Shown here: one piece after another, positions 1-17,060 of the stretch
How positions within the stretch are numbered: position 1 is the stretch's first letter
How the letters are laid out: each line of letters starts with the position of its first letter
DNA from: Trichoplax sp. H2
Lineage: Eukaryota
Assembly: GCA_003344405.1 (NCBI GenBank)
Contig: NOWV01000010.1
Coordinates: 248,001 to 312,000, forward strand
Length of the DNA stretch: 64,000 nucleotides
Reading direction: 5' to 3'
Made by a program: the position numbers and the translations under genes
Notes under the pieces: model-generated
The model's input: the letters and a program-made list of their open reading frames with translations, nothing else
What the model was told of the DNA's origin: nothing
The model's database searches: none

Positions 1-29
1 AGATACTTGAGTGTAATACTAACAAAGCT

Positions 30-235
30 CTACAGTACAGTAACTATTCTCTACTGAACAGTGTCCGGCGCAAAAATTGCACATACGGATTTTGAATTTG
101 ATGACGTAACGGCGGCCTTCAGCCATAAACCTTGGACAGGGAGGATGGACGACTGTACTATACTGTACTCATGGTTTACAGTACTGTACTGTACAGTACG
201 TATCGTGGACTGTGAGTACTGTACACTGTACAGTT
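30..235. repeat. TACAG/CTGTA pentamer array upstream of ARMH1
   Basis: Examples: tacagtacagta (31-42), gtactgtactgtacagtac (181-199), gtactgtacactgtacag (216-233). Confidence 0.75.
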
Positions 236-259
236 TCAAGATATTAATAAGAGCACTTC

Positions 260-273
260 GTTACTATGGCAAT
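260..273. promoter_or_regulatory. RFX X-box-like motif upstream of ARMH1
   Basis: GTTACTATGGCAAT is one mismatch from the palindromic X-box GTTRCYATRGYAAC. It lies just downstream of a TACAG/CTGTA array. Confidence 0.6.
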
Positions 274-698
274 ATGCCATGATCAATGTTTTTAACTGTA
301 ACTTCAACTCAAAATATTCCATCAATCTTGGAATAAATCTATCCATCATCTGGCCTATCAGACGGTGCTTATATCAGTAAATTAGTAAATTTATAAACCA
401 CAATAGTAGCCTACGATCTTGCACTTTCAACAAACAAATCTCTTCTATCGTTATATTGGACTAGAACTACTGTCATTGGCAATATTATTCAACTTAGACA
501 GGTATTTCGCTGTAGAGCTCGCACTAGATTAAATGCGGTAGTAATATCCTACTTACTACTAATCAAACGTACACGAATTACTATATTAGAGATAATAACT
601 TTTATGCTACAGTTTAACGTTCATTAAAATAAAATTAATTATTATACAAATATTTATAAATGCGTAATATCCATACTGTAGTATTACACCAGAGAAAC

Positions 699-3751
<3,053 letters not shown>

Positions 3752-5371
3752 ATGGCCTTTCAATCAAACTCAGTTATACCCTGTCATGTTATTAAATTCA
3801 TGTTAGCTTTTTTTGTAAATATTTTTACTATCATGATCTACTGCTCTAAAACTGGTAATATATTACTTATGATAGTATAGTTATATAATAAAATCGTCAT
3901 TCAATCTAGAAACAGTCGCTTATTTTAAGTAACTAGCAAGTGACATGTAAACACTTGCATTAGATGGTCTATATCTATTTATGGTAGGAATGCTAGCAGA
4001 GTTTATTTCACTATCATCTGCTAGCTACGTTTGTTCGTATTGAGACTTAGTCGAAATGTACACGTTTAGTAACTTATTATTTGTTATTTCATGAAGCCAA
4101 AGTATTTAAGAAATGTTTTTGAATAGCAGGAGGTTGTAGATTAATAAGAAAGGCTTATTAAGTCTCGCTGTAAACTTACGATAATTAGTTTGACTATAAT
4201 ATCCGATAATATATGGCATTGTTTAAATTTTTACGGAAGTTTTTATTGTACAGTAGCATTAAACACAGTATGAACGTAAGATTTTCATATATCCTTATTT
4301 TTACTTGCCCCTCTAGCATAGTAATCCGTAATTGATAGGACATTATTTGCAAGTACTCATAAATATTTGGAGTAGGATATTTTAAATATTTTGCATTCTC
4401 GGAAAGGCAACGCTACCATTTTGTTATAGCGGAGATGCATAAAAATTAATTAAATCTTTATATTCGTAGTACTCCTATTTGGTTGAAGTCAAATCCATGA
4501 TTCTAGATGCTGCACAGTACGCTAATTTATCGTTCTGTTTGTTAAAATTAATCGAACTGTATTTTGTACTTTATTATATTCAGGCATATGCTCATTTTCG
4601 GCATTAAACGTGAATACTAACCTAAATTGTTAATACTTAAAATGATCTATGGCGTTAGTCAAGAACTTCTAGAAGTCCCGTATTGACCTGGATACTATTA
4701 TGAACGATATCGTAATGAATCGCAGTACACAAAAGCAGAATCGATTGCGATAATTCTTTATTAGATTTTGTCTCGATATATGAGCGCAAAAAGCGCGGTA
4801 AATAAGATTAAAAAGTATAGCATGTCGTGATTATTATCTCAAATGGTCAATACCATCAACAAAGCTGATTATCAATTGATATGTGTTCATATAAATTTCT
4901 ATAATTGATTAAACGAAGGATTTATGTACAGTAGCAATTTAGCATTATTGACTACCTTTGATACGTACAATATGAGTACAGCAATATAAGTATTACGAAT
5001 TGCAATGGTCTATAAAGTAAGACCAAGTTGTCTTTATATCGACATATATACATATATATATATGTATGCACGTTGTAAATAGAAAAAATTGGAAATTATT
5101 GTTAAAATTTTATAACATGCTGAAGATTACATCGTTATTGATTTAAATATTCTAATAAATAGCGAAAATCACAGTGATTGTCATTTATAATATTTCAGAC
5201 GTCTATAATTTCATCAGTGCATTTTATACTGTCTTTCATTGATACATTACAACAATCATTTAGAGCAAGATCATGAAACGTTAAGTTATCAAACGTATTC
5301 TTATAATTATGGAAGTAAGACAAAATATGACTATGAAATCGTGTCATTAGCTACTAACAGAATTAATTTCG

Positions 5372-8300
5372 TTATCTATTTTTATTAGCAGCTACTTGAG
5401 CATTTTTAAAATATTTCTTGGCGGCAGTCGAGTTTTTTGCTTTCTTCAAACCTATGAAGAAAATTTCAAAACAATCTAATTCTTTAGATCGCTAAAATAA
5501 TACCAACAAAATAGATATTTTACGGATTATAAAAACTATGGCAAGAGATTAATAACTCCGTAAGCAATGCCATTTATAGAAAGTTAATAACTAAATAAGC
5601 AACTTGTTAAATTACTGACCGATACTAAACAGGTTATGATACTGATTGAAATGAACTAAGAGAGTTAATATCCGCAGCCACAAACTGCTTGCTAATTGAT
5701 ATGATATCATGTAAGCAGATTATGTTGCTGATAGAGAATTAATTAAAATAGTTATCATAAAGACAATATATACTGCATTATGCTTCCTAGATATAGATTA
5801 TGTGGTTTCTAAAAACGATTTATACGGGTGTAGTTTATTCTTATATCCCATTTTCCGGTAGAGTAATCGTATTTAGTACATTTATAAAAATAACAAGGAC
5901 TACATCAACATTAATGTTACTGAGAATTATCAGTATGAAAATATGCTATGGCTAACAAATATCAGAAATTACCTTGAAATATGTACCCTTGAGTATCTGA
6001 CTGGATAGACGCATTATTTCTGGTATCAAGAAATCTGCAGCAATCATCGTAAAGTTAGAAATTACGATTACAATATTAAATTTTTCGACTGCTGGTATGA
6101 TAGATCCCGTTAAAGCTATCATTCAGATGCGTATTTGAATCTTTATACCTTATCTTACTGGTAATTGCTTTAATATATATATATATGTTTATATTTATAA
6201 AAGGTATCCCTATACTTACGCGATTTTAGTTACAGATATGGAAAGCTCTGCTCTGGGCGATGGACTTCTTGAAGAGCGATTTGATAGTCTACTCGGCGAT
6301 TTTTTTTCCAAACGATTCGATGTATAAATTGGCGAACTTTGAGCTCGTCGATGAGAGCGAGGGTCCTTAATAGTATTATGGTTTTCAATTGGCCGGTGAA
6401 GATTTATTTCCATCGAAGGTAATGCAGGTGAATTTGGCCTTTGCTGGCAAGAAGTATTAGAAGTAAACGGTGCAACAACTGTGCTGCTATGCGCTGGAGC
6501 ACTTTGTATTCGTTGTTCACGTTCATGAATATAGCTGGTTACTACTGCATTCTGACCAGGGGTGATGTTTTCATCTATATTCTTGTTCCTCTCTAAGTAA
6601 ATCAGAGTAAATTGGGAAGTATCTATTGATTCATTGCAATACTGCATCTCATAACTTATTATTAGCAAAAGATTTTTAATTTCATTTTTGATCCCTCATG
6701 ACTTAGTACAAAGCCACATTAACAAATAAACTTGGGAAGTAATGCATTTGCTAATCACTTGCTAGTAAATATGATTAGTGTTTCTGTCAGGTTGTCTATT
6801 TCATATAAGGACTAGTTATGAGAATTAAAATGTATACCAACTTTGTTTTGATAATATTTTTCTATTTAAATGTCAATGTAGGGTTTTGTTTATTTCATTC
6901 TCATAGATTATTCAGTATATTAATATGATAGCTAAAGTAGCTACTGTATGATATACGAGTTTTTAGTACTTTTTTAGACGCAAATTTTAAATATTGTATT
7001 TAAACAGGCAACGCTAGACTACAAAGTAAATTAACTTTAAATTCCATGTAGAAAGATAGACTTTGAAGCTACTTCTATCCAATTTCTGAAATAGCAACGT
7101 TGACGCTATAGAAATGACTGACTGCCGCCAAGCCGTTACTTCATATATACGCGGAAAAGATTATATTTAATGTTAATAAGGTCTTTGCATTTTTGCTAAC
7201 GGAGAGAAACGTTGTCAGTCTTGAAGCTTATAGACATAGTTGATTCCTATTTAGTTTTAATTTGTGGTTAAAACGGAAAGACTTCAATGTTAATAATACG
7301 AATACTTCCATTCGGAACCAACAAAGTGTTATTTTGTCTTAGAAATATACTTTACTATGCACTATTTAGCTTTAATTTAATGTCAGTATATATAAGAGAC
7401 TTGGAAGCATAAATGTTTACGGTTCAATTTTAATCTGAGGTATACGTGAAATATAAAGCTAATACAAGTAAAGTGCTAGAAGTAACACTAAGAAAGTGAA
7501 AATCTGTCAAAAGTCAAGTTTATATGATTGATTACAACATAGTTTTAATTTAAAATCTATGTAGAAAGATAGAAGCTAGCATCAATGGAATACTTTCATT
7601 TAATGCTCACAAAGTTGAATTTTGTCCTATAAAAACGTAGGATATGTGGTAACTTACCCTATACAGTAGTAATCTAATATCTGTATAGGCACTTACACTA
7701 ATAAACTTTTCAATTGTCATCGTTCAAGTCAGTAAAATAATTATTATAATTGATTATTACCATTTGCATTACTGTTTGGTTCAAATACTAAGTCAGTACC
7801 GAAGAATAATGAATCTATGACTAGTAAGATATTTCTGCAACATTTATACTAATAAAACGCCACTTTATCGATGCTTGAGCTTAGAAGAAACGTCATTTAC
7901 TACCATTTAGCTTTAATTTAATTTCTATTTAGTGAATTATAAAATTGATGTTTGTAAGATTTTACTTCGTCATCAACTAAGCCTGAAAGCATAACGGATT
8001 ACCTTTCAGTTGATTTTAAAGTGTAAGTTGAAGGATTATAAAGTTAATATTAAGAAAATGATTCTGTTAATATTAACAAACTGGCAAACTGTTCAAAGCC
8101 AATTTGAGAAATATAATTTGTTATCATACCATCTCGAGATTTTTTTATTGCAGTTTTAGGTCTGGGCCTATTGTAAACATTCAATATTGAGCCAATACCA
8201 TTTCCTCGAGAATCTGATGAAAGGTCTTTACTCCAGGACGCATTTTCGCTCGAAATAACAACGGAATCACTTTTAATCTTTTTGCTATCCGATAGCTGTC

Positions 8301-11300
8301 CTATTTCTTCGCTATCTCGGGTCAACAATGTATCATGAATTGCGCTGGCTATACATTCATCAATGATACCGGCACTGATGATTTTTGCTTCTAAATAATC
8401 ACACAACGTTAAGAGAAAGATAAGATTAGATTAATATTGAAGATGTTACCATTTCGGCCAAATAAGATTATGGCAAGACAAAAGATTCATGGGCTTTGTA
8501 GAAAATTAAACGCAATCCAACCTTTATGAAATTGGTCTTGGCCCTCATTCTTATCTTCACGCGGTTGGGACCCATGGTCATTCTTAATCTTTGTAAATAA
8601 TTGTTGTTTTTCAGTATCGGTATCATTTTTATTTTCTTCTTTTTCTTCTCGAGGAATATCAATGAATTTTAAGGATCCTTTGTGCTGCTTTTCAATTGAT
8701 TCATAAAAATTTTCTTCTTCCTGATCCATTAATTTACCTTCTTCTAAATTATGCAACCGGTCGTAAACCTGATAGGGTATTAATATAAAGCTATTACAAT
8801 CTCACTTTCTTATAGCTTAAACCGATCATTATCTAAAATTGACTACTATCATTCACCGTGGGCATATTAATGACCATTCTCATTCCTGTCGATATAGATA
8901 CTGCATTTGTTTCATTATCTTCAGTAGGAATATCTGGACAAGTTAAAATCGATCATATTATACCTCGTATCTTATCGTTTAAAAGTGAATTCAAATGCTT
9001 TCCAAGAGTAAACATGCTCGTAGCTATTATATGTTGGCATTGGCGCAGAATAGTTGTGCGGTGTTCTACGCGTATATCATTTTGGCTTAACAAAGTTAAA
9101 ATTATTTGATTAAAGATTCAGCCATACATCGGCATTTTTAACTGCTAATAATTTAGATGAGCTGATAAAAAGGATTTTCTAAATATAATTATAGTTCAGT
9201 TATGAATCTTATGGCACTGTAAAAATGAGTAAAAATCAGTTTGAGGTACTAGAATATTTTACGCTCTTCCCCATCTTCGCATACACAATAACTTACGCTT
9301 TGATTCAATTTCGCTTTCGCTCCGAAAGTCCACTCTGAATAGAAAATTAATCATTTTATTACTATATGGCACACTTTGGCATGATATCTCGTTATAAAGG
9401 TCTTACAAAATTATCATAAATATATTGTACAGTTAATAAGCAAATATAATTTAGTTTATCTCAATAAATAGGTTAGCTTTATAACATCCGTCCGCACTAC
9501 TGTACTTACGAATCGGATCGAATGTGAACCCAATAGCCTAATGGATTCCATCGAATTGAGCTTAACGTTATATAGCTGTATTTATTGATAGGAGAGGTTG
9601 ATGCCAGTGAATTTGGTTCTAAGTAATCATGAAGAAAGACTATATTATTGTTTATTCAGTTTTAACAATTACTTTAAATCTTGTAACTAAATCAGTTATA
9701 TAAAACCTGGTATTTTTATAGATATATAAACTGAACATGTATTGCCATTATCGTTATTTAATATCTTACTATCATTATTTTCCATTGTTAATGAAAATTT
9801 GGCCTCATACTTATAATATAAGTTTATTTATTGAGTGCCAATTTTCAAAATTATCAGAATCTCTTACGATATTGATCGAACACTTAAAATTATATGATGA
9901 TTTGGACTTTAGTAGCGTATCGGTAGTGTATTTTCTATATTTCAACCTTTTTCTCAAGCTTCTTACTATATTACTAATTTAAATAAATGACATTGATAAA
10001 ATATCTATAGTACTTACTTCTGCTTGCATTGATAGCAATTAAGGCTAAATTGTCTGATGGAAGACTTATTATCCTTGCAATATACTATGAAATGAAATTA
10101 AGAATACTATCAGCTGTCTTCCATTCTTCGAAACCTTAAAACTAGCAAATATATCCGGCATTCTAATTATTATATTCCCCACAGGTATATCTTCAAAATT
10201 ATTTGAAAATTCAATAAACTAAAGCAGCTAAGGCGTTAAAATATTAACTTATGAACAGAAACCGAGTTTTTAAGCTATTTTACCTGTTTGTCAACGATAA
10301 TTGGATCACCTACAGCTGTTAATGCAATAAAATTATTGGAATTATAGGCAAAACGGGCTGATCTTCTTATTTAATCAAAAGCTTAATCAACTACTTGAAA
10401 TACTAAAGTATACCAAAAAACCTTACTTGCTTCCTTTTGTACATGCTTTACATTGGACTTCTGGCCCTTAGCTGATTTACTACGCAATAGCTTAGCTCTG
10501 TTGATACTAGATAGAAGAATGAGAGGGGAACATGTTATTCTTAATTCATTATGTTCCATGTAGTGATAAAATACGTAACTTTATTGTATCTATCATAATG
10601 TTAGTTTGCTATCTAAGTATTGTATATATAGCATTAGAATGATTTCAATTAAAAATGCACTAAAATTATTAGATATTTCTTACAATTTGGGATTAAGAGC
10701 AGGAGAAGAATGAGGTCGTGGTAGGGTTTTAGTTTCCTTTTCCTAAAGTTTCGGAATGCGAGCATTAGTAACTTAATAATTCTAAAATTAATCTATATAA
10801 TCTTTACCATAACATCTCTGCTACGTCGAAAATTATCGAACCATGAAATAGTATTAACATCTGTCAAAATTAATATAATAGGATTAGCAACATAAAACCA
10901 ATGTATTAAAGTTTTCTTATCTTAACTCCATAATAATATATTCAAATTTAATGTGATAGTGTTACCATTTTTTCGCATGTATCAAAGTAAATTCGTTGAG
11001 ATTAGAGAATATACATATATATATTTAGCGCTTAAGACTTTCTTGTATTAGTCTACACAGCAGTACTGTACACTTGAAATTGTTACTAGAATCTTATCGT
11101 TTATCATTTTGGTCCATATTTGTCATTTGGTAGTTTTCTATTGGACAGTATAACCAAAGCTAGTAGTTAATTCGCTATTTACCACTTTGAACTTCGGACC
11201 GTGAGGATATGTTTGCTAGTAAAGTTTCAGCCAAGACACGGCAAGCAACTTTAACACCAGCCTGCAATATAGTAGATATTTATAAAGCGGTCAAGATATT

Positions 11301-14300
11301 CACCGAATTGAATATTAATAAATATCGGACTGTAAAGGTTACACTGATAGAGAGAAAAGATATGTTTATGCTATGAAGTTTAGTATTATAAGTAATAACT
11401 AGCTTTCATCTGTTGTAAGTGTGTATTACCTGATATCCATCTGTGTTTGCTATGGCATTAAACATAAGTTTTGGAATATTATAATTTCCGGTTGCAGCAG
11501 ATATCATAGCTTCAACACCTTGTTTAATTCAGTAGTAATAAAATATTTACTTAAAAATGTACTGTTGATTATAACAGATAAATAGCTAAATCATCAATAA
11601 CTTTACTCCATCGACATCAGTTTATAAAGCTAATCCTCCTATGTTACGTACCAGGTTCACTCAAGTAACTACATAAAATTTCTGCACTTGGATAAATCAT
11701 GAGTATAATTTTTTGCGCCATTAGTCGATAGTGAGGTTGAAAGCTAACATAAAAAATTGATAAAGGTTTCATTCATTCATTACATCTAAAATAAACTGCA
11801 ACAAAGAATTAGAATAAAACGGCCAATTATCATGTAAACGAAATACTCGGTCTACCTTGTATGGGTTTGGCGAAGTTTTCTAATTCGACTATGTTTAAAA
11901 AACGAACAAAATTAGTTGCAAGAAGTTTATGTCATTAAAATAGTAAATTATATTACTAATCAATTTTATCGATACATTAGATTTAAGTAATTGTAACTAT
12001 GCCATAGATCTGGAATTGATTTTCCGCTAAACTTAAGATTCATTTAATCATATAATAAATTAATACAGTTAAGCTATGTGCAAATATGGCTTATCGACTT
12101 ACTACTTGTAGCTTTCTTTCGACATTGTGGATTTTTTATAAATTTCGCCAATTAGATTATATAAGCAAATGAAAAGGTGTTGATTCAAGTGATTGTCCTG
12201 AAAAAATTATCTGACATTGATTATAATTGGCAAGGTAATCGAAGTGAAGCAATGCTAGGATTCTAATTAGTCTTTATTATGCTGGACTGCAGACATAAAA
12301 AATACCAAAACAAGTGATCTGTTTTGTTCAAAATTTAAATAAGCTTTATCTAAATTCTCTCTGCTAAGTTATATAGGATTGCTTAAGTTAGACATTACAT
12401 ATTCGAGCTTGGAGTTCATTTAAAATGTTAATTTAAACTTTGGTTTTCCTTAAACTAAAATCGTACTAAAACTTGTGTATTTAAAGTGAAACAATTATAA
12501 TATCTATCATTTGGTACTAATATTATCAACTCTTCTGACTAAGTATAAGATTTTTTGGACTAAAACCATGTCTACAACGCACTAATAATTATACCGTTAT
12601 AATCTAGTGAAAACTCTAGATGGGGAATTTAACAACCAATCACGTATCATGATTATAGTACATACAGTAAATGATTAAACATACCTCATTGCTTTCCAGG
12701 TCAATTTGGACGGCTCCAAAGATTACTGATATTAACTGGTTGATTAGATCCGATGATAGATGAAAAAATTTTATAACTTCTATGGATCTATAATAACAGT
12801 AAGAACATAACATAATGCATTCGATTTAATACTATAGAATTGGCCAAGGGTTTTCAAGATTTAATATTTCACAATAGCGTCATTATTTCGGAAAATACAT
12901 TTTCTTATTAACTTACGATGAAGACATACAATAATTACAGATGCAATTTATAGGTTATAATGCTCTAAAAGTATCATCTGTAGAAGGTACTTCATCAATT
13001 TTTATTCCTAAGATATCTTTTCGTTTACTACAACAACGTATTATCTCAAGATACAGAAGTGAACAAGTTTTTTTTACCCAATTTCTAGTAATTTAGTAGC
13101 TTTTAATGTTTCCGTAATAATTTTTGAAGGTAAGTCAAATAGTTGTTTTGCCTGGACGAAGATAGAAAAACATGTCGAAAATCATCAATCTTATCTTGTA
13201 TAATGGACATAAATGTTCAACTGCTGTACTCGTAAATTATTCTAACTAAATTTGATTTTGGACATGAAAATAGTGGTAAATTGAGTCTTTAGAAATAAAA
13301 TAGTTTAACTCACAATAAGTAAAAACAATAGCCTGTGGATAAGTTTTCGATATTGACTTCGATACACTAGTAATTCTTCTACGCCTAATAATTCGTAACG
13401 ATAGTTGCGAAATTTCTTCTCCCTATTATGATTTGATAAATTTAGTAAGTAGCGCAGTGATCGAGATAATAAAGTATGGTATTATTCTCATATAAATATA
13501 TTGTTAGCTAGTCTATTAATTGATGATTATTCTTAGTCAATATTTTATTAATTAAAGGCAAGTTATTATAATTCTACAGTCACATACTTTATTTTTTAAA
13601 TCATATAACTGAAATATTGCCATATAATGGAAGGATATCGAATTGACATACCCTTTATTAGCTTCGGATGCTAGTTTTACTTCTTGTTCAAAGTTATAAG
13701 CTAGATAGATTAGTCTTTTCTCATCGATTTCTAAATTTTAAATTTAAATATAGATGTCAATTGTCATTTGTTATTCAAACTTACAATCGTGTTAGAAATG
13801 ATACACAATAGGCAATGACTAAAAATACTATACCTTGGGTCGGCGTAGCATAGACAGGCATATATTTCATCATATGCATAGCCTAAAGTAGTCGCATATT
13901 TTCAATACGAATATTTTTACTGCTTAACAAATATAGAGCTTAAAGGCACAAAGTAATTTTTATAGAGTAATAACGACTAAAGATTTTACGGTGTGTAAAG
14001 ATTACTGCATAGCGAATTAAATTATGAACTGACAGTAAATATGTCAGTAACCTCATTTATTCTATATTGTAATGGACGTGACGATCTATTAAATACACAT
14101 ATTTCACTCACCTTTGCCCCATAAATACTAGAGTTTGCCATATCTTTTAAATAAGACGGCACAAAGTAATATGTCTGAGCGAATCTTCTCGTCTAAGGTA
14201 TCAATCATGAACGATAAAATGTGACATTCAGTAAATACATCAATATAATGATATACCCTTTCTGTGCATTTATATAAAGCCGTAGCAAAGTTTATGGTGT

Positions 14301-17060
14301 TTCTATTGGAATGAAAGGTAAATTGCGAATAGTGGATTTTTTACTTTTAATACTTACATAATGAAGCCAGACTATCAAAATAATTAACTAATTAATTACA
14401 GAAGAATTTATACGCCATTACTACTAGGGGTTAGTTTTAACTAAGAATTGGATAACTAGAGTTTTATGTTAATGCAAGACTTACAGATTTATGGGTTATA
14501 TACCTGTCGCCGCTACCAAAATCTGATATCGTTGCAGCAATTACTTTACGTAGATGTCTTTTAATACTAACTGATACTTTCTATAGGATTTTATTAAGCT
14601 TAACTTTCAGTTTGACTGCATAATTTATGAAATACAATAGAGCTTATTCGTATTACATTGAATTATAATCGGGGAATACCCCATAACATTATCCTTCTAC
14701 TCTGGAAAGTCAATCATGAAGCCTTTTATTACAGTAGCAGTATTAAAACGGCCTAATTTATAGTTAAGATGAATCTAGCAAAATACACTCATACGGGTAG
14801 TCTAGTGGAATTATTACTGTTAAAATATCTAACAGTAATAGCTGAATATACAGTAAAGAATTTAATTTTCTTATTTTAGATTATCTTTTCCTGCTAGTAA
14901 ATTGGGAAATTTAGAAAAATTTTCTAAATGTGTATTCGGTAAGTGCCATAAGAACAATATAATTTATAGCGTGATATCTTACCATTGGTCTTTTGGAGTT
15001 AGCGGTTTTAAAAAAATTTTCAACTCGTTTCCGCTCATAAGCTAGACAAATTAATAAATAGTTGTTAGCGTTTGAAATTATTTGTAATATACTCGTGTAA
15101 TTTTCATTCTAAGACAAGAAGAAATAGGCATAAATAAACAATTACTGATAGCTAGATAATATTCGTCATTTTAGCATTTTAAAATATAAAGCAAGCAATA
15201 TAATAAATCATTAGCTGAGTAATTATACTAGAACATTAAGTTCAATTATTGAGGCTATTAATAACTATATATTTATATATGTCATATTATAGAGAGACAG
15301 TAGGGGGAGAGATGAAATTTTAATTGTAAAATTTGATAGTTAGTAGACTGAAAAGTATCTCTTCTACTAAGGAGTTGATATGCATATCAAGCGTCAAATT
15401 GAAAATCAGAGTAGGTATGTAATGATCTAAGTTTTCAGAGTGAATTTACATTTGAAAATTCAAAATTATAAATGCTTGTGCTATTGCCAGAGCTTCATGC
15501 TAAAACTTACTTTCTCTATAAATTAGCTTATTGGCACATCTCTGAATATATTTTGTTTGCCATATAAAGAATAACTAGTCAGAGTTATTGTAAGATTTAA
15601 TTATATTATGACAAGGATAGTCTACTAATGTTAATGATATATCAAAAAGATACTAAAATATATGTAGAATTTATAAAGTGAAATATTGATCATATTAGCA
15701 GGCTATTTTATTTCGAGCTATTTGGCTTATTTGCTAAAAAATTTCATTAAGGATCACATCAAATACAATTTTGCAGCTTCAATCATTTCAATTATTTAAT
15801 CTTGCTAGAAAATAGTTATGCATGACAAATAATCAATATTTTACATACATGTCACAAATTTTCCGTCAAGCATCCACATATATGGCAATCCATCAATAAC
15901 TTGTGCACGATCTGAAAGCGGTTAAAGTAGAATATGTAAGAAAGACATTATTTGTGAAGTACTACTGTTTTCCACGCAGTTTAATGTCAGGAAAGCGATG
16001 ATAGTGATTCCAAAGATAAATTAAATGTATTGAATTTTAAAATAAATATCAAGTACTTTATGTGAAGGAAGGATAATTAAAAAATTATGTAGTATCTTTG
16101 TTATCCATAACGGCTAATCCACCACGACTTTGATACTAAGACTAGCAAAATTAGTAATATTTGAAAAGTTATACGTACAATTTGGATCTTTCTCTAATTC
16201 TTTATTGCCATAGAGACATAAATCTAAGATATGTACATTGCGTAAATGCTGCAGATCCGTCCAAGATATATTATTATTGGCCAAGTTAATGGTTCCAAGA
16301 GAGTAAAAACACCCAAAACCTTCTAAGCATCGAATCTAATAGAACGGAATACGATGTTGCTGATGATAAATTACGTTTATAATAGATGCAGATTTTAAAG
16401 GGTGTAAAATCTTTTAATATCCTGTCGATGTCATTGTTGTACAGTATGGTTAAATGAATTAACGATATCGGTAGCTATATGTTAGTAAATCACTTTAAAT
16501 GGACGTTTAAACGAGTTTATTATAGAAATAAATTATTATCAAAGCAACAACATAAAGGAAAACTCCTTACCCTATTGCAACTTAGATCTATTTTCCAAAG
16601 TTCACGACAACGGATAATAGTAGTTAGAATAGCATCAATATCATTTTGGCTGGCAAGGATTGTTTGCAGTTTTGGACAAACAGACAAATTTTCTAGTGAT
16701 ACTGTAACGAATTGTATTGCAAAGAAAGATTAAGCAAGTACGCTATTTTATAGAGTTAAAAACACAATTTTATTGCTATATCTGGGACGTTATCTTAATA
16801 TTGATGAGTCTAAAAAATTTTATAGTTATAGAGCAGTCTCCTCTTACCTAATTGACGATCCGATAGATCGATATATACAGCATCAACTAAACGACAACCA
16901 ACTTGTGATCTTAACAACTGAAAAGGAAGTGAAAAAATTAAAATCATTACAATACACTAAATTGATTTTAGTCGTTAATTCGAAATATTTACTGCTACGC
17001 TTATAATGTTCGTCGAAAATATGTAGCGTAGACATGATTTACCTGTTTGGTAATCTTCAT
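5372..17060 (-). CDS. Uncharacterised protein with N-terminal SDS22/U2A'-like leucine-rich repeats and LRRcap, a helical middle region and an S/R/P-rich low-complexity tail; about 30 exons
   Basis: Phase-consistent N-terminal exons read MKITKQ|LLRSQVGCRLVDAVYIDLSDRQLV|SLENLSVCPKLQTILASQNDID..LWKIDLSCNR|IRCLEGFGCFYSLGTINLANNNISWTDLQHLRNVHILDLCLYGNKELEKDPNY|RAQVIDGLPYMWMLDGKFVTS|YERKRVENFF. Further exons continue through ORFs 8487-8756, 8050-8406 and 6216-6668 to a stop near 5372. Not every internal junction was verified. Confidence 0.75.

Noticed and set aside
51..282. Short Y/C/T/V/Q/S-rich ORFs (also 19502-19732, 41285-41503, 42969-43263)
   Set aside because: They are translations of the TACAG/CTGTA arrays, with no protein features or splice context.
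12918..13010. Apparent exon with stops or a broken acceptor suggesting the LRR gene is a pseudogene
   Set aside because: The flanking exons (..KLLEIG and SIEVIKFF..) join in frame without it, so the segment is intronic.
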